Shown: piece after piece, positions 27,542-37,058 of the stretch
How positions within the stretch are numbered: position 1 is the stretch's first letter
Layout of the letters: every line of letters begins with the position of its first letter
NCBI GenBank assembly: GCA_040388095.1
Contig: JAZKCM010000003.1
Location: 27,952-65,402 of the forward strand
Origin: Patescibacteria group bacterium
GTDB taxonomy: Bacteria > Patescibacteriota > Minisyncoccia > Phycocordibacterales > UBA9973
Length of the DNA stretch: 37,451 nucleotides
Reading direction: 5' to 3'
The notes under the pieces: model-generated
Database searches by the model: none
The model's input: the letters and a program-made list of their open reading frames with translations, nothing else
What the model was told of the DNA's origin: nothing
Made by a program: the position numbers and the translations under genes

Positions 27542-29448
27542 TAAAAAATATACATCCTAAAATAAAATATATATTCTGGATAATACTTACTATTGTAATA
27601 GGGATTTTTTTTGCATTTGCTATTACAAAAACTATTGGCTATGGAAGAATCCAAAACGACACAAATGTCACAGAGAACATAGGGGCTCAAGTATTACAAA
27701 GTACTTCTATAGAAAACCAAAAAGTGGAAGATTTCTATTTCCTTAAAAATAAAGAAAAAACACCAAAAGTGTTAGCACAAGCATATTATGTAGGCGATGT
27801 AGAAAATGGAAAAATGATCCTTGAAAAAAATTCTGATAAAAAATTACCTATCGCATCAGTCTCTAAGCTAATGACAGCGACTGTATCACAAGAAAATCTA
27901 AATCAGGATGATGTGACGACTATTTCACAAAAAGTTTTAAATACTTATGGACAAAATGGTGATTTTAAATTAAATGAAAAAATTGTATTAAATGATCTTT
28001 TGTATCCACTTCTTTTAGAATCCAGTAATGATGCTGCCGAAGCTATCGCTTCGTATGCAGGCCGAAGTTCATTTATAGGACTTATGAATGAAAAAGCAAA
28101 AAGTCTCGGGCTCGTATCGACGAGTTTTGAAGACCCAAGTGGGCTTTCTATAAATAATCAATCCACAGCATTTGAACTTTTCAAATTAACAAAATACATC
28201 AAAGACAATAGGAAAGATATTTTTGAAAGAACTATCAAACAAAGTTATATAACAAAGAAACATAATTGGTTCAGCAACAATCAATTCCTAAGACAAAAAG
28301 AGTATGAGGGTGGGAAAAGTGGTTATACAGATCCAGCGCTTCAGACTGTCGTATCGACATTTTCTATTCCTCTGGGTGAAACAGGTGTCAGGCATATCGC
28401 TATCACATTACTCCATAGCCCTGATAGAAAAAAGGATGTGGAAAGTATATTGGCATATTTAAAAAAGAATGTGTACTTTGGAAAAGAATCTGATGCTGAC
28501 CTTGATTGGGTGAAACAAAAAGAAAATACTGCAGAAGAAGTGGAGCAAGATTTTGTAAACCTCGCTTTCGTCGGAGACATTATGCTCGATCGTGGAGTAA
28601 AGAGTTCAGTTAGGAAAAATTTCGGTGGAGACTATTCACAACTTTTTAATAATTTAGAAATTCTTAAAAAATCAGACATTTCATTTGCAAATCTCGAAGG
28701 TCCAGCATCTGATGTCGGGAAAGATATGCACAGTTTATATTCATTTAGAATGGATCCGTCTACAATACCAGCGCTCAAAGGCGCAGGATTTGATATGCTC
28801 TCTGTTGCCAATAACCACGTCGGCGACTGGGGACGCACAGCATACGCAGATACGCTCGAAAGACTAAAAGAAAATGAAATCTCTTATACTGGCGGAGGCA
28901 TAAATTCCAGTGAAGCTGAAAAACCAGCAATCATAGAAAAATATGGAATGAAAATAGGATACTTGGCTTTCTCAGACAAAGGTCCAAATGGACTCGCTGT
29001 GACATATGATAAAGCAGGATTACTCCTCACAAACAATCCTCGTTTTGATGAGATTGTAAAAAATGCTTCAACACAGGTAGACTATCTCATCGTATCATTC
29101 CACTTCGGCGAAGAATATCAGAAAATACATAATGAACGACAATCATATCTTGCTCATCGTGCAGTCGATGATGGCGCAAAGATTATTATTGGTGCGCATC
29201 CTCACGTCATACAAGATTTTGAAGTGTATAAAAATAGCTTTATCGCCTACTCGCTCGGCAACTTCATCTTTGATCAGAAATTCTCCAAAGATACGATGGA
29301 AGGTATGCTTCTTGAAATCAAGCTCCACAAAAATGGACTTATGGAAACAACAAAAAATATCGTAAAATTAAATTCATCTTTCCAGCCAGCACAGATAGTC
29401 AAAGGCAAACCAGAGAAAGTAAAGTTTCAAGAAATAAAAACAAACTAA
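27538..29448 (+). CDS. Fusion of a D-Ala-D-Ala carboxypeptidase (peptidase S11) and a CapA/PGA_cap metallophosphoesterase domain
   Basis: Transmembrane anchor; SVSK (SxxK), SSN (SxN) and KSG; then GDIMLDRGV, NLEGP, ANNHVGDWG, HFGEEY, GAHPHV and YSLGNFIFDQ. Confidence 0.9.
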   Translation: MIKNIHPKIKYIFWIILTIVIGIFFAFAITKTIGYGRIQNDTNVTENIGAQVLQSTSIENQKVEDFYFLKNKEKTPKVLAQAYYVGDVENGKMILEKNSDKKLPIASVSKLMTATVSQENLNQDDVTTISQKVLNTYGQNGDFKLNEKIVLNDLLYPLLLESSNDAAEAIASYAGRSSFIGLMNEKAKSLGLVSTSFEDPSGLSINNQSTAFELFKLTKYIKDNRKDIFERTIKQSYITKKHNWFSNNQFLRQKEYEGGKSGYTDPALQTVVSTFSIPLGETGVRHIAITLLHSPDRKKDVESILAYLKKNVYFGKESDADLDWVKQKENTAEEVEQDFVNLAFVGDIMLDRGVKSSVRKNFGGDYSQLFNNLEILKKSDISFANLEGPASDVGKDMHSLYSFRMDPSTIPALKGAGFDMLSVANNHVGDWGRTAYADTLERLKENEISYTGGGINSSEAEKPAIIEKYGMKIGYLAFSDKGPNGLAVTYDKAGLLLTNNPRFDEIVKNASTQVDYLIVSFHFGEEYQKIHNERQSYLAHRAVDDGAKIIIGAHPHVIQDFEVYKNSFIAYSLGNFIFDQKFSKDTMEGMLLEIKLHKNGLMETTKNIVKLNSSFQPAQIVKGKPEKVKFQEIKTN

Positions 29449-29449
29449 A

Positions 29450-31780
29450 CTATTTCGCAATAGCTGCAGCTTCTTCAAATTTTACAGATAGGAGTTTTGA
29501 ACCTCCGTCAGAGCCGACAGTGACACCATAAAGAACACCAGCACGAGACATAGTCTCACGATTGTGAGTGACGACGATAAGTTGTGAATGGTGCGAGAGC
29601 TTTTCAAGCATATCTCCGTATTTACGTGAATTCGCTTCATCAAGCGCGGCATCTGTCTCATCGAGTACTAGGAATGGTGGAGGATTTACCTGTGAGACAG
29701 CGAAAAGAAGTGCGATAGATGTAAGCGATCGCTCCCCTCCAGAGAGTGCATGAAGTTCTTTTACTTTTTTGTGCGGAAGAGAGACGCTGATCTCAATGCC
29801 GTGTTCAAAGACGATAGCATCTTCATCAACCTCTTCTTCGTCTTTCTTCCCTCGCTTCTGCTCTGCGACGACAGAAAGGAAAGCTGATCCCCCGCCGAAC
29901 ATAAGCGCAAAGAATTCTTGGAATTCTTTATTTATTTTCGTGACTCCAACTTTAAATTCTGTATCAATTTTCTCTTTCAAGTCGAGCATAAGCTTGCGGA
30001 GCGACTCGATACTCGTCGCAAGGTCTTCCATCTCTTTCGCAAGGAAACTGTCGCGCGCAGTCACTTCTTCATATTCTTTAAGCACTTCAGTAGTTCCTCC
30101 AATACCAGCATCTTCGAGCTTGATTTTTATACGCTCCATCTTCCTTCGGCGCTCTTCCTGATTCTCTCTTGGTTCATCAATATTTTCTATTTCAAAATTC
30201 TTATATGACAAAATATCAGCTCCGAGGAATATCGAGCCTTGCTGTATTTCATCTTCAAAGCTCGTCATTAGACGAGCATAATTTTCTTCTTTGATAGCGA
30301 TAGTATTGAGCATTGAAATGAGTTCTTGTTTTCTTACTGCAAGATCAAATTTACTTTTCTGCACTTCCTGGAAGGAAAAATTATCTTTTTGTATTTCTAT
30401 TTTCACATTTTCCAATGACGCAACAATATTCGTTTCTTCATCTTCAATCTTCTGCATTTCACTCAAGATTTCTATTTGAGTATTTTTCAAATTCTCTAGT
30501 GTAGCTTCTGCTGTATGCTTATGTTCATAGTCTGGCTGAGCAGAGCGAAGAGATCCGAGGACTTGAACAGAAGCGTCAGTAGATGCTGGAAAATCATTTG
30601 CCTTTTCCGTAGATTTAATAAATCGATCCAAAATATCTTTTATTCTGCCCAACATTGGCATAATATTTTCAACAACGTCGATATACATCGCCTCTTCAAT
30701 ATATTCATTCATTTCTTTATAGAAAGAATCGAATTCTTCTTTTGAAAGAGAAACTTTTTCATGCGAATGATTTTCTTGATGCAAAATAGGCGCGACATCT
30801 GGCGCACGATTTGCTTCCATCTCTATCATACCTTCGATACGGCCGAGCTTGCGAGAAAGCTCAGATTTTATATTTCTGATCTCTGTAATCTTTCTTTCAA
30901 GATCGCGTATTTCTATGTTTTTTAAGTTTTCAGTATTAGGTGTTGTATTTTCTATCTCAGTTATTTTGGCAGAAATAATTTCAATCTCACTTTGTATTCG
31001 TTTTTTATCTTCGACAAAAGAAGTATTCTGCTTTTCCAAATACAATGCTTCCTTTTTCAAATATTCACGCGAAAGGTCAAGAAGCTCGACTTTGAGCTCT
31101 TTTGCTTTTTCTAATTTTTCCACTTGCTTGCGGAGGAAGTTCAAATGCGGAGCAATCTCTTTACGAAGTAGTGAAACTTCTTTCATATTGTTCCCTGTTC
31201 GCTCAAGTTTGCGCTCGCTTTCTTTTATTTTGTATTGATAGATCTTGAGGCCGAGTGCATCTTCTATCATCTCTCTCCTGTCTTTTGCTGACGCATTGAG
31301 TATTCTGTCCGCTTCACCTTGTGAAATAATGTGGTGCCCAGATGAGCCGACATTTACGGACGAGAGCAATGTCATAATATCTTTCAAACGCACTTCAGAG
31401 CCGTTTAATGAATATTTATTTAGACCATCAGCAAATACTTCACGAGTGATAGTGATCGCATCATAATTGAGATTTATTTTTTCTCCTGTTTCATTTTCTA
31501 ATTTGAAAACTTTGTCTTTATTGTGAAAACAAATAGAAACTGAGGCGCGGGAAGATTTCGGTAATGTTTTTGAGCCTTTGAAAATAAGATCAAGGCCAGC
31601 GCGTCCACGCATTGATTTCATCGACTGCTCTCCGAGAACGAAGCGTATCGCTTCTACGACGTTTGATTTACCAGAGCCATTAGGTCCGACGACAGACGTA
31701 ATAGAACTTTGAAATTCTAATGATGTTTTTTTTGCGAAAGATTTGAAACCGTTAATTTCTAGAGATTTTAATCGCATCAT
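29450..31780 (-). CDS. smc: SMC-family ATPase, short form (776 aa)
   Basis: GFKSF, GPNGSGKSN, ISQG, LSGGERS, LDETDAALD and VVTH; rnc-smc order. Confidence 0.9.
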   Translation of the reverse strand: MMRLKSLEINGFKSFAKKTSLEFQSSITSVVGPNGSGKSNVVEAIRFVLGEQSMKSMRGRAGLDLIFKGSKTLPKSSRASVSICFHNKDKVFKLENETGEKINLNYDAITITREVFADGLNKYSLNGSEVRLKDIMTLLSSVNVGSSGHHIISQGEADRILNASAKDRREMIEDALGLKIYQYKIKESERKLERTGNNMKEVSLLRKEIAPHLNFLRKQVEKLEKAKELKVELLDLSREYLKKEALYLEKQNTSFVEDKKRIQSEIEIISAKITEIENTTPNTENLKNIEIRDLERKITEIRNIKSELSRKLGRIEGMIEMEANRAPDVAPILHQENHSHEKVSLSKEEFDSFYKEMNEYIEEAMYIDVVENIMPMLGRIKDILDRFIKSTEKANDFPASTDASVQVLGSLRSAQPDYEHKHTAEATLENLKNTQIEILSEMQKIEDEETNIVASLENVKIEIQKDNFSFQEVQKSKFDLAVRKQELISMLNTIAIKEENYARLMTSFEDEIQQGSIFLGADILSYKNFEIENIDEPRENQEERRRKMERIKIKLEDAGIGGTTEVLKEYEEVTARDSFLAKEMEDLATSIESLRKLMLDLKEKIDTEFKVGVTKINKEFQEFFALMFGGGSAFLSVVAEQKRGKKDEEEVDEDAIVFEHGIEISVSLPHKKVKELHALSGGERSLTSIALLFAVSQVNPPPFLVLDETDAALDEANSRKYGDMLEKLSHHSQLIVVTHNRETMSRAGVLYGVTVGSDGGSKLLSVKFEEAAAIAK
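30488..30600. repeat. Palindromic element in frame within smc
   Basis: Nested inverted repeats (GCTTCTG/CAGAAGC, TGTTCA/TGAACA, AGTC/GACT) around the core GTCTGGCTGA-N12-GATCCGAGGA, which is shared with 9656-9686. Confidence 0.6.
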
Positions 31781-31786
31781 AAATAT

Positions 31787-32482
31787 TTAATCGAGCCAGT
31801 TTTTTACTTTTAAAGCATTCTGTGCAGCGGATTGTTCAGCTTCTTGTTTTGATTTGCCTTTACCTTCACCGATCATATCTGGTCCAAAGAAAATACCGAC
31901 AGTAAAATGCTTGTCATGGTCAGGGCCAGACTCAGAGAGCACTTTATATGCAGGAGTGAGGCTGAAGAATTCCTGCGCTTTTTCCTGCACCAAACTTTTT
32001 GCATCACGCCAAAGTTTCTTTGAAACAATTTCTTCTGTGTACGGCAAAAGTGTCTCAGTAATAAATTTTGCTGAAATGTCATAGCCGGAATCCATATAAA
32101 GTGCTCCGACAAATGCTTCGTAGGTATTTGCAAGAATATATTGCCGAGCTTTACCCATATCTTTTGATTCACCTTTTGAAAGAAGTAGATAATCATTCAT
32201 ACCTATCTTTGAAGCAATTTCAGAAATGATGATAGCGTTAACGAGTGCACTTCGAAGCGCAGTAAGCTCGCCTTCTGTATGTGTAAGATATTTTTTATAT
32301 AAATAATCCGTCACCACGAGTTCGAGCACGGCGTCACCGAGAAATTCGAGGCGCTCGTTGTGGCTCATACCTGTATTCGGATTCTCATTGATATATGAGC
32401 GGTGTATAAATGCCTGCATCAAAAGATTCTTGTCTTTGAATGACACGCCTATTTTATTTTCGAAAATAGAAAAATCAACCAT
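31787..32482 (-). CDS. rnc: Ribonuclease III
   Basis: HNERLEFLGDAVL signature and dsRBD (GPDHDKHF, GKSKQEAEQ). Confidence 0.98.
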   Translation of the reverse strand: MVDFSIFENKIGVSFKDKNLLMQAFIHRSYINENPNTGMSHNERLEFLGDAVLELVVTDYLYKKYLTHTEGELTALRSALVNAIIISEIASKIGMNDYLLLSKGESKDMGKARQYILANTYEAFVGALYMDSGYDISAKFITETLLPYTEEIVSKKLWRDAKSLVQEKAQEFFSLTPAYKVLSESGPDHDKHFTVGIFFGPDMIGEGKGKSKQEAEQSAAQNALKVKNWLD

Positions 32483-32483
32483 G

Positions 32484-33389
32484 TTATTTTTGAGTGTTTA
32501 TGATTTCGACTGCCTTGGTAATGAGTGGAATGATGTCGTTATACATTTTTAATTCTGGAATTTCAGAAAGTGAAAACCATCGTGCACCGTCGAGCCCGCC
32601 TGACTCCGCTAACATAAGCTCTTTGTATTCGCTCTCTGCTAAAAAGTAAGTAACTTTTTTCAAAATCCTGCCTTTTTCCGGATGCTTGGCAACGTATTCA
32701 TTCTCACCGAGTTTTGCTTTTATTTCTACATCAAGATTGATCTCTTCTTTCATGATTCTTTTTGTAGCTTCTTCGTCACTCTCACCCTCTTCCACTCCGC
32801 CTTTTGAGAGCGTCCAGTAACCGAAGACATCGTGCACGAATGCAAAGTATAAATTATTTTCTTTTCGAGCATACACAATACCTCCTCCTTTTCTTTCTAT
32901 TGGAAGTTTAGTGATATCGACAGGTTCATCATCTTTGAATTTCTTCTTACTTACTTCATCTTTGCCTGGCTCGCCTATTTCTTTGTAAACAGCGCCGAGC
33001 ACGCCATTGATAAACTTGCCAGAATTTTCCCCACCAAATGTTTTAGCGAGCTCGATAGATTCATTGATAGCGACTTTCGGAGGCACCTGTGTACGATCAC
33101 CAAAAAGAAGCTCATTGAGCCCTATTCTTAAAATATTTCTATCTACTATCGAAATCTTATCTATCGGCCACTCTGGTGCAGCTTTTTCTATGATCTCATC
33201 GATTACTATACGATTCTTCAATACTTGTTCTGTCAGCATTGCAACAAAAACATCGTCTTCAAGTCCAGGACCAAATTCATCAAGATTACGTTTGAGTGCG
33301 TCTTTAATATCGGCGTCTTTTGCGCCGTTGAAATCCCACTCGAAAAGTGTCTGAAGAACTATTGATCTGGAAAGGTGCCTGTTAGCCAT
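32484..33389 (-). CDS. nusB: Transcription antitermination factor NusB fused to a C-terminal Nudix domain
   Basis: RHLSR, DRNILR, KVAINESIELAKTFG and KFINGVLG; then WTLSKGGVEEGE...RIMKEEINL. Confidence 0.92.
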   Translation of the reverse strand: MANRHLSRSIVLQTLFEWDFNGAKDADIKDALKRNLDEFGPGLEDDVFVAMLTEQVLKNRIVIDEIIEKAAPEWPIDKISIVDRNILRIGLNELLFGDRTQVPPKVAINESIELAKTFGGENSGKFINGVLGAVYKEIGEPGKDEVSKKKFKDDEPVDITKLPIERKGGGIVYARKENNLYFAFVHDVFGYWTLSKGGVEEGESDEEATKRIMKEEINLDVEIKAKLGENEYVAKHPEKGRILKKVTYFLAESEYKELMLAESGGLDGARWFSLSEIPELKMYNDIIPLITKAVEIINTQK

Positions 33390-33401
33390 AAATTAAAATT
33401 T

Positions 33402-33437
33402 AAAAAAATTAAGGCTTTAGTGTTTAAACTAATGCCT
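33402..33437 (-). terminator. Possible weak terminator between rpmF and nusB
   Basis: Minus strand AGGCATTAG...CTAAAGCCT followed by TAATTTTTTT. Confidence 0.35.
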
Positions 33438-33438
33438 C

Positions 33439-33669
33439 TTACTTATCGTCTTTCTTTGTCTTCGCTTTTGCTTTCGTGACTTTCTTTTCTGCTTTTTTTA
33501 CCAAATCTAAAACTTTCTTGCCGTTATAAAAACCACAAGTCTTACAGACATGATGGCTCTTCTTGAGTGCGGAGCAGTTCGTACATTTCACAAAACTTGC
33601 TGTTTTGAGCGCGTGATGTGAACGTCGGTTCGCTGTATGTGATTTTGTATGTCTCATTCGTACTACCAT
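33439..33669 (-). CDS. rpmF: 50S ribosomal protein L32
   Basis: RRSHHAL, CTNC...HHVCKTCGFYNGK. Confidence 0.95.
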   Translation of the reverse strand: MVVRMRHTKSHTANRRSHHALKTASFVKCTNCSALKKSHHVCKTCGFYNGKKVLDLVKKAEKKVTKAKAKTKKDDK

Positions 33670-33743
33670 AATGAAACCATTCTAGCATACCCTGTCTAAA
33701 AAGCAAACTGGTAAAAGGAGCAGGATATGATATTATTGAACCT

Positions 33744-35498
33744 ATGAACGATATCGAAAAAATGCACAATATGAGACACACCCTAGCCCACCTCTTGGGC
33801 GCTGCCGTGCTCGAGCTCTACCCAGGTGCGAAAAACACTATCGGCCCTGCTATAGACGACGGCTTTTATTACGATTTCGAACTTCCTTCTTCCCTTTCCG
33901 ACAAAGACTTGCCTGCGATCGAAAAAAAGATGCGCGAGCTTTTGAAGAATTGGAATGATTTCAAAAATGAAGAAAAATCCGCCGATGAAGCAAAAGAGTA
34001 TTTCAAAAATAATGAATACAAAAAAGAGCTCATCAGTGAAATCTCTGAAAAAGGAGAAAAGATAACATTTTATACTGCTGGTACTTTTACTGACTTATGC
34101 CGAGGCGGACACGTAGAGAATCCGGTAAAAGATATTGCTCCTGATGGATTTTGTCTCGACCGTATCGCTGGTGCATACTGGCGTGGAGATGAGAAAAATA
34201 AAATGCTCACTCGCATCTACGGCCTCGCATTCGAAACGAAAGAAGAACTCGATGCATATCTCACACAAAGAGAAGAAGCAAGAAAGAGAGATCATAAAAT
34301 CATCGGCCCACAGATGAAATTGTTTACTATTTCATCACTCGTCGGACCTGGGCTTCCTCTCATGCAACCTCGCGGTATGATCATCAGAAAAGAAATAGAA
34401 GAATACCTTTGGAAACTACATTCAAAGAAAGGCTATCAGCGTGTATGGACTCCACACATTGCAAAAGTAGAACTCTATGAAACTTCAGGACACGCTGCGA
34501 AATTCGGTGACGAGCTTTTCCGTGTCCAAGGCAAAGAAGATAGTTTCATTTTAAAACCAATGAATTGTCCTCATCATATGCAAATCTTTGCTGATAACCA
34601 ATTCTCATACCGAGACATGCCACTCCGTTATTTCGAGCCAGCGACAGTATACCGTGATGAAAAATCAGGACAACTCGGAGGACTTACTCGCGTCCGTTCT
34701 ATCACTCAAGACGATGGACACCTTTTCTGTACGAGCGACCAAATAGGAAATGAAATCAAGACTATTGTCGGCATCATAAAAGAATTTTATACAACGATGG
34801 GCCTCATCGACGGCTACTGGGTGCGCCTTTCTCTCCGTGGAGATGATAAAACAAAATACTTAGGTTCTGATGAAGTATGGGAGAAAGCAGAAGGAGCTTT
34901 GACAAAAGTGTGTGAAGAAGAAAAACTTCCTTACAAACCAGCAAAAGACGAAGCAGCATTTTACGGACCAAAATTAGACTTTATGTTCAAAGATGCTATC
35001 GGCCGTGAATGGCAACTTGCAACAGTACAATGTGATTTCAATCTTCCAGAAAGATTTGATTTAGGTTTTACGAACAATGAGGGAAAGAAAGAGCGCCCTG
35101 TCGTCATCCACAGAGCTATTTCTGGTTCACTTGAAAGATTTATGGGTGTTATGATCGAGCATTTTGCTGGCAACTTCCCTGTCTGGCTCTCTCCTGTGCA
35201 AGTTGCAATCGTACCAGTACGAGAAAATCACCAGACTTCAGCAAATGAAATTGCTGATATGTTAAAAGAAAAAGATATCAGAGTAGAAGTACTCGATGAA
35301 AATGATTCTCTCGGAAAACGCATCAATCACGCCAAGTCTGCGAAAGTCCCCTACGTCATCGTGCTCGGTGACAAAGAACAAGCTGCAAACACACTCACTA
35401 TTGAAAAACGTGATGGCTCAAAAATAGAAAACATCTCTGCTCTAGATTTCTTGAAAGAAATCACAGAAAAAATCTCGGGTAAGTCTTTGGAATTGTAA
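33744..35498 (+). CDS. thrS: Threonyl-tRNA synthetase (no N-terminal TGS domain)
   Basis: RHTLAH, DLCRGGH, LKPMNCPHH, AFYGPKLD and HRAISGSLERF. Confidence 0.98.
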   Translation: MNDIEKMHNMRHTLAHLLGAAVLELYPGAKNTIGPAIDDGFYYDFELPSSLSDKDLPAIEKKMRELLKNWNDFKNEEKSADEAKEYFKNNEYKKELISEISEKGEKITFYTAGTFTDLCRGGHVENPVKDIAPDGFCLDRIAGAYWRGDEKNKMLTRIYGLAFETKEELDAYLTQREEARKRDHKIIGPQMKLFTISSLVGPGLPLMQPRGMIIRKEIEEYLWKLHSKKGYQRVWTPHIAKVELYETSGHAAKFGDELFRVQGKEDSFILKPMNCPHHMQIFADNQFSYRDMPLRYFEPATVYRDEKSGQLGGLTRVRSITQDDGHLFCTSDQIGNEIKTIVGIIKEFYTTMGLIDGYWVRLSLRGDDKTKYLGSDEVWEKAEGALTKVCEEEKLPYKPAKDEAAFYGPKLDFMFKDAIGREWQLATVQCDFNLPERFDLGFTNNEGKKERPVVIHRAISGSLERFMGVMIEHFAGNFPVWLSPVQVAIVPVRENHQTSANEIADMLKEKDIRVEVLDENDSLGKRINHAKSAKVPYVIVLGDKEQAANTLTIEKRDGSKIENISALDFLKEITEKISGKSLEL

Positions 35499-35564
35499 TT
35501 CTCTTTTACTTGATATTTTGCCTGGAAGTTGTATAGTCTTAAAAGAACTAAAAAAATAAATACA

Positions 35565-36077
35565 ATGGAAAAAGAAAAGATATTACCAAAAGCAACTCTT
35601 GGTTTCATAATACAAGAAAACAAAGTATGGCTTGCGATAAAGACAAGACATATAGGTAAAGGTTGCCGTAACGGATATGGGGGCGGTTTCAAAAATGGAG
35701 AGACTTCTGAGATGTGTTTAAAAAGAGAGTTGAGAGGAGAAACAAAGAAAGTCATAGGCCCTAAATATTATGAAAAAATGGGAATAATCTATTTCCACAA
35801 TAAAACAGAAGAAGGTAAAAAATTTGTCTGTGAAGTTGATATCTATTTAATCAAAGGATATAAGGGTGAACCAAAGGAAACGAAAGAAATGAAAGACCCT
35901 AAAAAATTCCTCATTAATAGATTGCCATTTAAAAAATTAATGCCTGCAGACAAAAAATGGTTGCCAATAATTTTATCAGGACACAAACTAATAGCTCATT
36001 TTTATTATGGTCCTCGTCAAAAAAAACTGATTAGGAAAGAAAAAATAAAAATAGTGAAAATTCTACCAAAAAATTAA
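35565..36077 (+). CDS. Nudix hydrolase, MutT/MTH1-like
   Basis: NGYGGG...GET....KREL..ET, ETKEM and MPADKKWLP. ATG at 35565 preferred; promoter-like TTGATA-16-TATAGT at 35510-35537. Confidence 0.8.
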   Translation: MEKEKILPKATLGFIIQENKVWLAIKTRHIGKGCRNGYGGGFKNGETSEMCLKRELRGETKKVIGPKYYEKMGIIYFHNKTEEGKKFVCEVDIYLIKGYKGEPKETKEMKDPKKFLINRLPFKKLMPADKKWLPIILSGHKLIAHFYYGPRQKKLIRKEKIKIVKILPKN

Positions 36078-36081
36078 TCAC

Positions 36082-36108
36082 AAAAAATCCCCACATTGGG
36101 GATTTTTT
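36082..36108. terminator. Bidirectional intrinsic terminator
   Basis: AAAAAATCCCCA/TGGGGATTTTTT between convergent genes. Confidence 0.85.
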
Positions 36109-36114
36109 ATTTTC

Positions 36115-37053
36115 TTAAATTTCTTTTACTAAATCTTCTATTTGATTAAAAACTTCTTGAGCATGAGCATGATCTTTATCATTTAATTTATATTTTTTTA
36201 ACAAGGATCTTAAACTTGAAATCTCATCATTTATGGATTGATTAAATGATGAAATCAAACCTGTAGCTTTTGGATTAACGTTTATTTTTTTACATAATTT
36301 AACAAGAAACTTAGTTCTATCAAGAAAAACTTCAGGATAATGTAATTTATCAATATCCTCCATAATAAGGTCCTTACCATCATTGGTATACGAAAAAGGT
36401 AATGGGATTAAGTGATTTTTATCAGACAATTTATATTCTTTAAAATAGCCATTTTTTAGAGCATCAACTTGTTCCTCTAAAGTAAATAAAAGTGGTTTAT
36501 AAAAATTAACATTTTTTAAAGTATTAATAACATCAGAACTTGCACCAATAAAATCTTCAAGTCTAGCATCAGATTGTTCGTCATCATAATTCATAATGCT
36601 ATCATTTAGTATTTTAATAAAAGTCATAAGAGTATTAGTACTGTTTTTTACATCATATACTTCATTATTCTTTAAAAAATCACAAAACTTTTGTTTGTCT
36701 AAAATAGACAAACCTGTATTTCCATTAGAAAACTGTTCTGCTTTAAAACCAAACTCACTTATTTTATTATTTATATCTAGAAAATTACTATTATATATTT
36801 CATTTTTTTCAGACTTAATTTGATTATTTTGATGGGAAAGTATACTGCGTAATTCTTCAATCTGCTTAGCATCATGACCTTTCATTGTTAGATCGTTTTC
36901 AGAATTAGAACTTAAACTCTCAGATAAATGATCAGGGGCATTTGTATTAGCAATAAAAAGATTAAATTCTTCACAAGCTTTGTGTGCTAATAAAATATCT
37001 TCATGGTTCTCATGATCACTTGGTGTTTTATTGAAATTAGATTCACTAAACAT
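36115..37053 (-). CDS. Hypothetical protein (very AT-rich)
   Basis: 312-aa ORF directly after gyrB; no motif recognised. Confidence 0.7.
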   Translation of the reverse strand: MFSESNFNKTPSDHENHEDILLAHKACEEFNLFIANTNAPDHLSESLSSNSENDLTMKGHDAKQIEELRSILSHQNNQIKSEKNEIYNSNFLDINNKISEFGFKAEQFSNGNTGLSILDKQKFCDFLKNNEVYDVKNSTNTLMTFIKILNDSIMNYDDEQSDARLEDFIGASSDVINTLKNVNFYKPLLFTLEEQVDALKNGYFKEYKLSDKNHLIPLPFSYTNDGKDLIMEDIDKLHYPEVFLDRTKFLVKLCKKINVNPKATGLISSFNQSINDEISSLRSLLKKYKLNDKDHAHAQEVFNQIEDLVKEI

Positions 37054-37058
37054 AAAAG

